From Phoronis australis (lineage: Eukaryota > Animalia > Phoronida): a DNA stretch of 64,000 bases. The DNA lies in the NCBI GenBank assembly GCA_002633005.1, contig NMRA01000146.1:209640-273639 (forward strand), in the 5' to 3' direction. Shown in pieces: positions 37,301-50,744 of the stretch; position 1 is the stretch's first letter, and each line of letters starts with the position of its first letter. The position numbers were made by a program, and so were the translations under genes. The notes beneath the pieces are model-generated. The model was given only the letters and a program-made list of their open reading frames with translations, was not told the DNA's origin and ran no database searches.

Positions 37301-39839
37301 TCGTAACAAAAGACCACATGGCTTCCTATTTTGCAAAAAATGCTCGAATGGAACGAAATATTGGATCAATTTCGAATATTCCGCCGTGTTCACTTTTGTG
37401 CTTCAGGGGTGGAAAACACATTATTCTTGGACACTGAGTTGATGAATTTCAGGTGGACGTTCCTCTTGACCGATACAACTACCATTCTACGCCAATGTCT
37501 CAGTTAAAACTCAGCAGTCATGCACAGCGTGGGTGAAGAGTCAAGGCTCTCATTTGTCTTGATCAATAACCGAAATCCCATCTCGCAAAAAACAACGCAT
37601 TTCGGTAGGTGGCGTAATTGCAACTTACAGGAACGAGGCTGCGGAAAGGAAACGGATAAAATGTGTTTATTGTAATCGACTTAGTTTCAAGACTTTTAAG
37701 AATGGCTGCATAGAATGTTCAGTTCATTATCACTATAATTGGTGTCGGATCCAGAATGTCGTAAGGGGACAACCACAATGTAGGTAGCAAAACCAAAGGT
37801 TCAGCGTTTGCCCTAAACTGCATGCCGGTAGCGTTTCCATTTTCTGTCACGTCCATTGTGGAAGAGGGACACTAGAAAGGCGGGCCAATTTGAAGTTAAA
37901 ATGTTATTAAAGCAAAAAACATTACGGCTGCGGTAGTCAGGACTCAGGAGACGACTGCAACTACGGAATAAATGTGCTGCTAAAAGCAAAAAAAAACACA
38001 CACTTCTGTGGGTGACCAAAGAATACTATTGCTGACGGGATATATTTGGATAGACACTGTAAACACAGACCAATTTGTAAGTCTGAAAATGAATACTGTC
38101 ACGAGTTAGCATTTTGCTGCAGATGAAGGGCTGGATTGGACGCCGGCACTAACGCAACCTTGCAGAGGCGCATGAACAACCATTATATCAAAAGAATTTA
38201 TTTATACCAAAGGGGCACATTCGCTAAACAGAATTCAAACAGAAATATTAAAAGATAAAAAAGCACCACCAGTTCGCTTAAATAACAGTGTAAGCCAACA
38301 TTTCGTCAGTCGCATCCTATTGGAACTGCTACCTACTAAGCAACCCCCCCCCCGAATCTATGGCTAGGCCTACTGCTCAAGATTCCGAGTCCATGCAGCA
38401 GGAAAGCATACAGTTCCCCCGCGATCAGTGTCCAGGCTGCCTACATAACACGCACTTGAATGCCAACCCGGATGCTACATTCAAATTCACGCAGGCCGGA
38501 CACCGAAATCCGGACGGAAACCGATTCCCAGCACATCGGGGTTGGATACAGTTCAGTAGCTGTCTCGCGACTATAAAAATTTAGCCAAACTCAAGTCAGT
38601 TAAAATACACGACAAGAATGCTCCACGTAATCTCCCGAAGTATGCCTTTTAGCGAGGTCCCAGCGTACAATGTAGGTCTTAGGGTTATTGAACTCATCGC
38701 GGTTTGAGCACAGACAAGTCCATCGGAAGTCAGAAAATCCCAGAAACATTTATTCAGTGTCGTACTTGCGACGCTGCCTAGAGTATTACTCCCGGTTTTT
38801 CGGTTAATGGGACTCAGATGCCGAGTTAATCACTAACGGGTGAAGTACACTGTATTTTCGCAGCCATATTGCCAGGCGAGAGCAAAGATGCAACGCTTAT
38901 ATATGTTGACTGTTGTAATACGACCGCATGCTAATACGTGGATGTCCGGGTTTGCAATTAAAACATGTCTGTATTTTCAAAAAAAAACGTTGCAGCTGTT
39001 TCGTGAATTTTCGAAAAAAGGAACGATTTTATCAAACTAGCATTTGAATTCACTCTGTGAAACTGAATCTTTAAGAAAACATCGGAGTGTTTAAAAGAGG
39101 CAAATCCTCTGTGGAGGATAGCACGCACATGAAGCAGGAACCATGATTTGCTAAGTTAGATTATTATTTCAAACAGGATTAAATTTTACAAAATAACGTT
39201 GAATTTACAAATGTATGGTTAATTTTGATTTCAATTAATTTTCCCTTTCCTCTGCCCATGGCGACTGAGACCCTTCGCACAAACCGAGCGAGCACATTGT
39301 GTAACACTAGTTTACATTTTTCGGGCTGAAACCGTCAAGGCAATCCACAGACCGACTGGTTTGCCTCAACTTCAGTTTCAACTGTCATGTAAACTTTATT
39401 CTAATGTTGTGAGTTTTCATTAACGAAGGGTGGAAATTGGCCTCAGTTTATTCGGATTTTGTCCGAATAAATTATAGACTCGTGGGGAAAGGAAACTGTT
39501 TGCGGTATGCATTGCAATATTTTACGCAAATTCAGTTATATCGAAAATAAATTAAGAAGTGTATACCCTATTGTTTTGGATGCCCCTGACTCATCCATGG
39601 GTTACCCAAGCGGCAGTCTTATCTCACGCTGTGTTACCGTGCGTACATGAACTGAAGACCGAATAACCCGGCAGTAGATTTTGGTTGGGGTTGCAAAGAC
39701 CAGCTCGCACCCAATTTCACCCGGGTGAGTCTTGTCTAAATGCGGAGGTCTCTCAATAAAATATGATGGCTCAAGGAGTGCGTAAACAGAACTCTTCTAA
39801 ACCACTATAATGATAATAACATAGACATCGGCATAGCGT

Positions 39840-39993
39840 GACCAGGCGTGCGTTCAGTAGACGCTAGGACCTACGCTAGGACCTAGCTAAAACCTAGACA
39901 AAGTCACGTGTTTTCATTTAAAATGCATGGCAATAGCTCACGTAATCTCTTGCTTTTTAGCGAGGTCCTAGCCTTCGTTACTGAACGGGAGGC
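39840..39993 (+). mobile_element. ~155-bp MITE family A copy
   Basis: Near reverse complement of 31340..31494. Confidence 0.8.
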
Positions 39994-40142
39994 GGGTTTC
40001 CGAATGATTTGTTGTGAGCCCATGTCATTCTATCGTTGCTAGTTGCGAGGGGTTGCGCGGGGAAAAGCTCCTCAACCTCGAAATTGAAGATCCGTAACTG
40101 AGAACGATGATGACGAGATCCGAAGTTACTTTTCTGTTTACT

Positions 40143-40298
40143 CAGACGCGGATTACAGGGGGGGGGCAAGAGGACCATGCCCCTCTAAAATTATCCCAGA
40201 TTCCATTTGGCAGTTCGGGGGTGCGAATGTCTGACGGGCAAAATCCTGGCTAATACTCAACCCTGCACCCCCAAATCAAAATCCTGGATCCGCCTCTG
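40143..40298 (-). mobile_element. MITE family D (cag..gcggat termini)
   Basis: cagacgcggatt ... ggatccgcctctg; inverted homologue of 44021..44295 without that copy's internal insert. Confidence 0.6.
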
Positions 40299-41872
40299 CT
40301 GTCCGACAATGATCAAACTTTTATTTCCATTGGGTATTTCTCGCCGACAAGAGATGAGTTTCCAATACTATTTAAGGTAAGCTGCGTTACGTAATAGATA
40401 AACCTGATGCGAACTATGGTCAACACCAATAAAGCCGGTTGAAGACGAGTCTTCAATATCGGCGTAGATTTCAGTAGGATCTACATGTAGCTAAAAACCA
40501 AGACATCGCGAGATTACGAGACACAACCTTGAGCATGTACTTTAAATGAAAACGTGTGATTTTGGCTACATTTTAGCGAAGTCCTAGGGTCTTAGCGTTA
40601 CTGCAGTCTACCTATGTAAAAAGTCTTCCTCCGTCCGAATTACACAGGGGCTCGGGCCTGTTTAAGGTGCTTCAGATGAGAACAGTACTGGCATACATGT
40701 GATTCGACGCTGATATATCGCTATATTTGTGCACAAACAACGCCACTCAGGTGTGTTTAGAATTTGCCCTTCCTCGTATTCAATAGGTCCGCCTACATGA
40801 ACAAATGAGAATAAATTTCATCACCGTGCACAAGGAAATCATAGGCGTATATGTAAGTAAACGAAATCGATGTAATTAATAGCGGGTACACGTGGGCCTA
40901 AGACTTTTTCAACGAAGCCTTTTACATTGCATACAGCCAGCCTGATCTGGCGGGTATATTATGTCATAAAATCACTGGATTGAATTTGATCACATAACAA
41001 TGGAAGAAGGCCGGCCGAAATTGAACACAAGTAATACATAACACAAGTAATACATAACACAAGTACATATACTTTCGCCCGGCTCGGAAAACTTGCTGCG
41101 CAGTGTCATGCAAATACCTTGCCGTGACTACTTACCGAACTACTCTTGAAATCGATAAAAGATTAGGATTAGCTACAACAGGTACACTGAGTCGGTTATA
41201 ATAAGACTCGACTTTACATTACAACACTGAGATCGTGCATTTTTACGATGAACCCTTCGGTTGCCAGCCATTCGCCGATCGACAGACAAATCGCAGGTGT
41301 ATGAAAGGAATAATTGATTCGATGAAATTTATTATCAAATGCGCAAAACAAAATATGAACGTGTTGAACTTAAATTCACGACAATGACCCATTGGTGAAG
41401 ACTGTCTGTCAGGGGCAAATAACGGAGGCCATTTGACAGTCAGTCGGTGCTGAATAGACAACCACAGTCTCTGAAGCTCAACACACTGGCGAACTAATCA
41501 CACTACTTCTGTATATTTTGAGCTGACAGGTCTGGGTCAAACATTCCCCGAGGTCTTTCGCAGCCGTTAACACGCCGGACACTCCCGCAGATAGTCCTTT
41601 CAATAAAATTACCAACCAACAAATCGATAAACGCCGGGTCAATACACAAATGGTAGTTTGCTCGCTGTCGACCTACAGATGTAGCCTTGTACTAGGAATG
41701 TGCTTGGTTTGGGAAAACAACAATGACCGAATTCAAGCGCGTGTTACTGCCGCCAGTCAGAAACAAAATGGTGAGCTCATATGGAAAACAGCTTTGCCAC
41801 TACAATATATACAGCGGTACGAGCTATGTACTCACAAAAAGCGGATAAATACGAAATTTAACACATACTCAC

Positions 41873-42000
41873 CAGTCGACGCACAGGTAAAGATCTATCT
41901 AGGTCCACACCCCTGCTAGAGATGCTTGAACTCCTGTTTATGAAAGGTCAACCAATCACGTCACAGGGTCTAAGGGCATTTCCTTATTTATAAATATAGG
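41873..42000 (-). promoter_or_regulatory. Candidate TATA promoter and non-coding first exon of the gelsolin-like gene
   Basis: tatttataaata at 41985..41996, with a strong minus-strand donor CTG|gtgagt at 41872. The gelsolin ATG exon has its own acceptor (tttcag at 32979), so an upstream exon must exist. Confidence 0.3.
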
Positions 42001-43399
42001 TCATAGACAGCTGATGGCACCGCAGTAATGTGGAATCCCAAATAGTGACGGCGGTGACACCTCGAGAGATGAGGGAACACGACTATGGATGGATTTCGCT
42101 ACGTATTTGTGTGGCAGCAAAACTGGGTATATTCACTGGCATGGCATGGGCGGAGCATCATGGGGGCTAAGTGGACCATATAGCCGCCCGAATTCAAGTT
42201 TTTAAGCCCTGACAAGTCAGCAAAAAAACATTCAGTTGAACGTTTAATTACGATAAAGAAATCTTTTTAAACCAGCTGTTTACAAAAATGTTGAAGGAAT
42301 GTAGGCACCTTTACTTGTCGGCCACCTGAGTTATCACGGTGGGCAGATGGGCAGAGAGTTTTCGCGGGAGGCTGGGGGTGGGGGGGGGGGGGNGGGGGGG
42401 GCATGCCAAGCGAAAAGGTATGCTCCCCATGCCACATCTCATGTCATACTCAGCATCGTCGGCATTAAAACGAGACACGCAGTTCAATCAATCGTACAGG
42501 AAGATCCAGCCCTTGTCAAACAGGCGTGTGCGCACATCTCGTGACACGAGCAGTGGTGTGTTCAATGAGGATCTCGCACACTTCATTCATTTCCTTGCAG
42601 ACTCGCCCTGGGAATGCAAAGCTCCGAGAAGCCAAGCCGAAGAACCCGAATATTTATTTTTTTTAATCAGCAACTACGCCAACCTAGAATACCGTCAGCG
42701 CGAATTCATGTTCAACAGAAATGAAGAACTGAGTACGCGGGAAGACAAGCCGAGGACCAGCAGAGAAAGTCGACCTCTCTGTGGAAATATAAGTTGTATG
42801 CATGCAGATGACGGACTAAGTACAATTTTTGAAGGCGTCGCGGCAAAGAAAATATAAATCATCACCCAACGAGAAATTTACTCCAGAGATAAACCAAACT
42901 AGCCTGTTTGGCTAGTAAGCAGTCTCGGCCGATCCAAAGCGCGTGGTTTAAACGTTTCCCGGGCCTTCAATACCAAGAAAAAAGTGACGCTGCGAGTTGT
43001 TTTATTTGCCAAAACAGTCCGACAGGGACACCTCGCGTGTGTTTCATGATCAATGTTTTTAAGATTTAAGACACGTCTTACGCCCCACAAATCTATTTAA
43101 AAAAGATACTTAAATCTCGAATGAGCAAAATTCTCTGGGAATGTACATATAACCAGGAAGAGATACTGCCTAGTCAATGAGATAATTCTTGCAACTTATT
43201 CCTTGGTTGTGCACTCATAATTACTTGGCTAAATCTTTATTCAACAATTGTCAAATGGGAGCGTGAGACCACATAGCTGTCTTAAGTCTCAAATCACTTT
43301 CATGAAACAGATCCCAGAAGCCAGTACATGTACATGTACACAGTCAAGGAGGGCTTTTCTTCAGTCACCCCCCGCGGATTCGGTAACCGAAAGAAAGCA

Positions 43400-44900
43400 T
43401 TACGGAAAACGAAACTAGAAGCGCCAGTGCCAAAACTCGTTTATAATACGTACTAAAATTAAGGCAAAGTGACACTCGTGTCTTGGGAGCACAATTTCAG
43501 GAAAGCAGTGAAGAGAAATCGAAATTCATCCAACTATTACGCCACCGTGCTAAGGACGACGTCCTACTTGTAAAAACGATGAAACGGGATTGAATCAGCG
43601 ATATAGATTAGCTCAAGATATACACAACGAAAAGTTCAGGGATTTGATAGGAAACCGGGAAATTCAAAGTTTGGCGACAGGTGTCGGTGGCCATTTTCTC
43701 TCTCTTATATTCGACGAATGTACTGCTATAAGCAACAAAAAAGTTGTCCTCTTGCTTGCGGTGGGTGCATGACTTTCTCGAAGACCATGAAGACTTTATG
43801 GGAATAACAAAAATTGGAGCGGCCACGATGTCAGCTGCAATAGATAATTTTCAAAAACTTGGGCTATCGCAGACAAAATACAGACGTCAGTGCTAAGATG
43901 GTGCTAAAAAAACCACCTGCATTTGTGACACCGTTGACACTTTTTGGGATTGGGTGTGAAAGATTTTGTGAAGGCAACAAATTGGTATCCAACAGAATGG
44001 TAAAGTTACAACGCCGTGGTCAGGGGCGGATCCAGGACTTTGAGTTGGGGGGAGGGCACAGGAATAACCAGAATTTCGCCACATATGCGCGCCGAGCCTA
44101 ACATGTAGTGATGCAGGGTCTCGAATTTTTGGGTTCGTGGACCTTAATACTAAAAAAACGGAAAACGGCACTGTGCATTCGCCCCCTCGAGCCCCCCCGG
44201 GTGTGCACATGTGCTAGTCAGCAATTTGCACCCCGAACTGCCGAATAGTATCTGGCAGAATTTTAGGGGGGGCATGGCCCCTAAATCCGCCACTGGTGGT
44301 GTAGTCAATAAAGTTTTCGCCAAAAGGTAGAATCTTTTCGTGAACGCTGACTAATATGGCTAAATGCCGTCAGCGACTGACGGACAGCATCTCGCAAGAT
44401 TGCCTGTGCACACTTTGAAATCTATATGAACCGAGACCGTCTTTAGCGTTTTTATGACACTGCAGTGAGTTGTATCCGTGCGTTGGTGAACCCGTACCCC
44501 CTGGAAACGTTTAATGGTGGTTTTGCCAAACCACACTTCATTCCGGCAGTGACGCCACGGAATCAGTACAGACGAATTTATTGTAAATCAATTGGCCAGC
44601 TTACAAGTATTTCTGCTGTCCTAATCAGATTCAAGCAACCTGCATTCCAAGTCTATGGGCGACTTGAATCGCGTCTCATAAAAACAACTAAAAAAGCGCA
44701 GTCAGAGCTCGAGCCCAAATTAGAACGAGTGTTGGCGGTTGACTGGAAGGATGCTAGCAGCAGAGGTTTAGATGTACAGTTCAACACATTCAGTGTTTTG
44801 CTGAAAGGAACACCGTTTTCGTCGTGATTTTACGACATTCTTGTTGCAGTGAGAGTTAACTAAGTGTAAGCGCTACTGCACCGAGACATTTCTCAACAGC
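43400..44900 (+). pseudogene. Degenerate hAT-family transposase (DUF4371/ZMYM1-like)
   Basis: Broken frames LIGNREIQ...FLSLIFDECTAISNKK, HEDFMG and KLGLSQTKYRRQC*DGA correspond to the hAT catalytic FS(I/L)xxDExTD(I/V)S and (G/C)YDGA motifs; many stops and frameshifts. Boundaries approximate. Confidence 0.6.
44021..44295 (+). mobile_element. MITE family D copy containing a nested degenerate family-C-like element
   Basis: gtggt|caggggcggatcc ... aaatccgccactg|gtggt (5-bp TSD); insert catatgcgcgcc...gggtgtgcacatg at ~44081..44211. Confidence 0.6.
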
Positions 44901-45787
44901 TAGGCAAATAAAGACGTGCTTGAGGTCCAGCTAGTGCATGATGACCTGATGAAGATTTAGCCGTTTGTATATTTGTACGTAAAGAAATGCTTTGAAATGA
45001 TTTACTAGCCACTTGTAATGGTTTTGCAATTCCGTACCCTTCATTTTGGAAAGTTTACAACCAAAGATTCGAGAAATAAATATAGTTGAATCAAGCCACT
45101 GCAAACAGCAAATTAATCCCAACTACAAAAGCACCAGGCAATTATTGATGTGTTGTTATTGTTATTTGGCATGTAAATTTAAACAAATGTAACGAGTTTA
45201 TTTGGCATGGCAACTATTGCACAAAATGTAACACTGAAACCTTATGTTCATTACAATGAGCGTAAGATTACATCAGTGATTTCCATGCTTCTTTGTCACT
45301 TGAAAACGGAAGGTGCTTTTGTACCGTTTTAAGTCCCAACACCAACTGCCCCACAAACCAATCTCACCCCAACACCACCCCCCACCCGGCACAACTGAAT
45401 TAAAGCGCTACCCAGTTCCTGATAGTATAACACAGTATTTTTCGATGGTCATAAACAGTTCGGATGTGATGTAAATTTTTGCCGAGAGACAAATGTCAAA
45501 ACTGTATATTCGTTATTGCAACCTCTGTGCAACTTGAAACTTGCCACACTTGTTGTTTAACATGCTTAGTGTAGTTCTAATGTCCAGGCAGTGGCATAGT
45601 TACGATTATGACTGCCCATCAACAATTTTTTGTATCACCCCTTCCAGTAGCAACGCCATTTAACTGTATCCAATGGTGGTTGGCTTATTGTATCTTTGCA
45701 AGTAGTATTCCGGTATTACTTCAACCCATCCCGTCAGGGGATTCCTGTTATTGCAAATATCTGTCTGTTCGTTGTAGCTCGAGATCC

Positions 45788-45933
45788 GCCTCTCGTTCAG
45801 TAACGCTAGGACCTCGCTAAAAAGCAAGACTTTGCGAGATTACGTGAGAAATTGCCGTGCATTTTAAGTGAGAACACGTGACTTTGACTAGGTTCTAGCG
45901 TAGGTCCTAGCGTCAACTGAACGCACCCCCGGC
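45788..45933 (-). mobile_element. ~155-bp MITE family A copy
   Basis: Same orientation and sequence as 31340..31494. Partial copies also at ~6857..6927, ~38570..38667 and ~40489..40603. Confidence 0.8.
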
Positions 45934-46701
45934 TCAAATAGTTGACTTGACGCAGCACATGATTTTGGCGCAAATTCTTTCCAAACCCAGAAATTCCTTA
46001 CTCATCTCAATAGAGGGCCTTACTGAAGGCCGTTTGGCAGTAGAAAGTGTTGTAAATCAAAAGATTGTATATTATGGAAGAAATACTGATAATGAGTGCT
46101 ATAATTTTGTTTACTAAACAAAAATACATGTATCACCATCTTTGTTGAAAACACGACTAAAATTTTTGATTGAAAGCTTAATACTTATTCGCTTGTAATG
46201 TCGAAAAAATCTCCTTTCCTCAGGTGTGCAGCTTTATAGCAAAACACCGAAAGACAAATTAAAACAAAAGCTATATTTCCAGGCTGCATAAGATTATTTT
46301 TTTGGATTTACTGGGAAATGCACTCAAGCTTGCGTGAGTGAAAGTGACATTCTTCATTCGGCAGCAGAAGACCACAATAAACAGTAAAAGTGGTGATTAA
46401 AAGCTCGACCGTAAACATGGGTTGGAAAGAATCGGGTTGGACATGCCTCTTGACAACGATTCATTAGTTGCTACATGTACATATGTATACCCCAGTGTAC
46501 CAACGTGGACACAAATGTTATAATCGCGCCCATAAATCTCTGCGCACGCGCTGTCACTCTTGAGACCAAACTTTATACATAAGGGTACTCTATTCTACAC
46601 CCTGACCCTTAGTTCGGGTTCAAAGTTAGGTCTCTCATGGCTGGCGGACTGATCGGAGATTCAATCTCGAGCAACTTACTTGGGGTGTGGAGATTTGGGG
46701 C

Positions 46702-49700
46702 AAGCACGTGAAATTACATGCTTGCAGGTCACGGCTTTAGGTTTAGGGATCGAAGTTGGATTTTAGGGGCACAGCCAATTCAATTGGACATGACCTTCAT
46801 GAAGTCAGGGAGTTGGACGAAAAACAAGTGCATCAGCTGTAGCTATAACGTTGCGCGGTGCGGCCGATAGACGGCGCGCCCGTGGTAGTAAATACAACAG
46901 TTAACATACGAATGTGTTGATAAATAAATACGACTATTAGTGGATTACAACAGCTTGCGAGACCGACGACCCTTTGAATGAGACAAGATGTCAATGATAC
47001 TGATGAATAAACTAATCTACGGTGGCACCAGTAGGTACCCCTTGCGTGAACTGCAACTCTCTAGAACAATCACACTATAAACTTGTCCAACTAACTAGGT
47101 TGAGACCGAAGCTTGCATTGAGCGTCTACCACGTCTGGGTTGGCTTCTGCTTTCCTGACCTTCCCGGTTCTGAGGTTCCTTTGACAGTTCCCCGTGCCGG
47201 GCTTTACCGAGTTGTCCAGTCCAAACGCTTTTATCTCCAAGTTCTAGTCTATTTGTGCCTAGATCATATATAGACGCTTCGCAGTTTCAGTGAATGTTTG
47301 TAATCACGTCATGGTGAAATTTAAAATTGCATTACTGCGCGAACATTCTCTATCTAGGATCTCAGATCACAACAGTAGTGCCAAGTTACGCAAGAATTGT
47401 CACTGACTTCAGCTTAGTTATCTTTGTACAGTATTAACACATCACAAAGGTGTCACTGGCACGAGACCACTTGCAGCTCATCTACTGAGACGTCGTCGCC
47501 GAGAGACAGACCAGAAAGACGATTGCCGGGATGGACGAGACGAAATCGAACGAGCACCAACTCGACAAAATCACAGCCGTGGACGACTGTCAGAAGAAAA
47601 CGCAGAACCAAAGGAAGGTCAAGTAACCAGAAGTAGACATTCAATGAGCGTCGTCCCCGAGTCTCAGTTGGAACTTAGTTTGCAGTTTCATGGTGATAAG
47701 AATTAGTGTTTAGTGTGTCTCTCATTTTTTCTGCGTTGAGATGCATGCTGTAGTGCCTGGTATAACTGGTAGCATCGTAGATTAGTTTATTCACCTCTAT
47801 TGATATCTCCGTCTGAATCAAATAGTCGTCACCTTCGTAACTTGTTGTTACCCATTGATCGATACTCACAACCCTGCAAATTAAAGAGTTCCCACCATGA
47901 CCCTGTGTCTCAAAAAGGAATTTTATTATTACATCTGAGCAGATTTAATAGCCTTTAGTACACCTGTTGCTACGAAACAATATAAAAATTGTAAACATAT
48001 ATTTTTCTGTTAGTTTGTACGCAATGGGTGGAAGACCGCCTCAGCCGTTGTTGCTTTACCAGTGCGATACTGAGGAGTTGTGAAGAAAGTCCGCGTGGAA
48101 CCGTCTTGTTCAGATATGAAAAGGTGCGTTTGTGGAAACTGTGGTAACAACAACTTGACTGTGAACGTCTTAGTTGTTCAAATTTCCTAAATACGTGAAT
48201 GTTGCACAAAAATGGCATCGGTTTGTCATGGGCGGCGCACCATAGGGGCCTAGGATAGGGCTNNNNNNNNNNNNNNNNNNNNNNNNNNNNAAGCACGTGA
48301 AATTACATGCTTGCAGGTCACGGCTTTAGGTTTAGGGATCGAAGTTGGATTTTAGGGGCACAGCCAATTCAATTGGACATGACCTTCATGAAGTCAGGGA
48401 GTTGGACGAAAAAATAAGTGCATCAGCTGTAGCTATAACGTTGCGCGGTGAGGCCGATAGACGGCGCGCCCGTGGTAGTAAATACAACAGTTAACATACG
48501 AATGTGTTGATAAATAAATACGACTATTAGTGGGTTACAACAGCTTGCGAGACTGACGACGCTTTGAATGAGACAAGATGTCAATGATACTGATGAATAA
48601 ACTAATCTACGGTGGCACCAGTAGCTACCCCTTGCATGAACTGCAACTCTCTAGAACAATCACACTAAATTGTCCAACTAACTAGGTTGAAACCGAAGCT
48701 TGCATTGAGCGTCTACCACGTCTGGGTTGGCTTCTGCTTTCCTGACCTTCCCGGTTCTGAGGTTCCTTCGACAGTTCCCCGTGCCGGGCTTTACCGAGTT
48801 GTCTTGTCCAAACGCCTTTATCTCTAAGTTCTCGTCTATTTGTGCCTAGATCACATGTAGACGCTTCGCGGTCAAGTTTCAGTGAATGTTTGTAATCGCG
48901 TCATGGTGAAATTTAAAATTGCATTACTGCGCGAACATTCCGAATCTCTATCTAGGATCTCAGATCACAACAGTACTGACAAGTTACGCAAGAATTGTCA
49001 CTGACTTAAGCTTAGTGACCATCACTTGAAGCTCATCTACTGAGACGGGCGCCGGGAGAGACAGACCAGAAAGACGATTGCCGGGATGGACGAGACGAAA
49101 TCGAACGAGAACCAACTCGACAAAATCACAGCCGTGGACGACTGTCAGAAGAAAACGCAGAACCAAAGGAAAGGTCAAGTAACCAGAAGTAGACACTCAA
49201 TGCGCGTCGTCCCCGAGTCTCAGTTGGAAGTTACTGTGCAGTTTCATGGTGATAAGAATCAGTGTTTAGTGTGTCTCTCATTTTTTCTGCGTTGAGATGC
49301 ATGCTGTAGTGCCTGGTATAACTGGTAGCATCGTAGATTAGTTTATTCACCTCTACTGATATCTCCGTCTGAGTCAAATAGTCGTCAGCTTCGTACCTTG
49401 TTTTTATCCATTGCTTGATACTCACAACCCTGCAAATTAAAGAGTTCCCACCATGACCCTGTGTCTCAAAAAGGAATTTTATTATTACATCTGAACAGAT
49501 TTAATAGCCTTTAGTACACGTGTTGCTACGAAACAATCTAAAAATTTTAAAAATATATTTTTCTGTTATCGAGTTTGTACGCAATGGGTGGAAGACCGCC
49601 TCAGCCGTTGTTGCTTTACCAGTGCGATACTGCTCGGAGGAATTGTGAAGAAAGTGCGCGTGGAACCGTCTTTTTCAGACATGAAAGGTGCGTTTGTGGA

Positions 49701-49830
49701 AATTAACTGTGGTAACAACAACTTGACTGTGAACGTCTTAGTTGTTCAAATTTCCTAAATACGTGAAAGTTGCGCAAAAATGGCATCGGCTTGTCATGGG
49801 CGGCGCACCATAGGGGCCTAGGGTAGGGCT
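46702..49830 (+). repeat. Direct ~1.55-kb duplication (46702..48262 and 48291..49830) across a 28-N gap
   Basis: The second unit starts exactly at the gap edge (aagcacgtgaaattacatgc) and is colinear with the first, with scattered substitutions and indels. Confidence 0.9.
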
Positions 49831-50718
49831 ATAGCCCCCCACTTTTTTCAGGGCTAAGCCGCCCATGGTCTATAGGCGGTGCNTTCAGTGCTGCGCCACC
49901 CATGATTGTGCGTCGAACAAGAGTGTGGAGTGTCAGTGTGGAACATGAGATTCAGTTTGGCGTAACCACACTTTGATCGGCACATTTCAAAGAATCGTGT
50001 TTCGACCACACACATAAGCGGCGTTGCAATGAAGGACTCACCATCAAGTAAGTGCATTTTCAAATTTTGTAAATAACTAACAAACTGCTAATCCATTCTA
50101 GGGCGAGTGATGCCAGGCCTGGACCCCGGCCCAGATCGAGTGCTACTACAAGTAGGCTTAAAATGCATATTGTGTTTAGACTGTGCTCATTCCATCACGG
50201 CAAATAGTGAATACGAGTAACCCAGGTTGGCTGTGGCCTTTGTCAGTAATTATTAAGTGTCTATTTTGTGAGTAGTGACCACCACTTGGTAGAGTTGGTT
50301 GTGGCTCACATATGTCATTTCTCGTGCAAGTGGGTCGAGTTCATACGGCCTGAAACCCGACAAAAGTTTGTTAAATGGGAAATCGAATTCATTGTCTGAT
50401 TCTTCAAGTACTTGAGTATAAGTGCCCGTATCCACTCTCCTCTGTGTCTGCATAATAATTGTCCAATTCTCGCCTAATATTGTCATTGTCTTCTGACCTG
50501 CAGTGTTCCGACATTGCAAATGATTGTCAAGCGGCCAACCGTCTTCCACCCATTGCATCATTTGGCGGGAAACTTAGAAGTAAGTAATTTTTCTTCAAAA
50601 TTAAAAAAGTTGCCACTATTTGGCATAAAAAGTGCCTATTTAGCAAGATTTTATGGTATTCGATTCATATTAGCTAACTGAAACCTGACAAAGTAAGAAA
50701 ATGCATGGTGGGAACTCT
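49441..50718 (-). mobile_element. Non-autonomous Kolobok-like transposon with probable KolX (P2X7 C-terminal-like) remnant
   Basis: TTAA|agagttcccaccatg ... catggtgggaactct|TTAA. Minus-strand relics GFRPYELDP, CVVETRFFEMC, TAYR and PMPF..FRKF recall KolX motifs (inference). The left end is also present at 47885. Confidence 0.6.
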
Positions 50719-50744
50719 TTAATAGATGTGTTTATTTTTTCAAA

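Noticed and set aside
42339-42857. 172-aa ORF
   Set aside because: GTG start, runs through a poly-G tract containing an N, no recognisable domain; probably part of the decayed transposon region.
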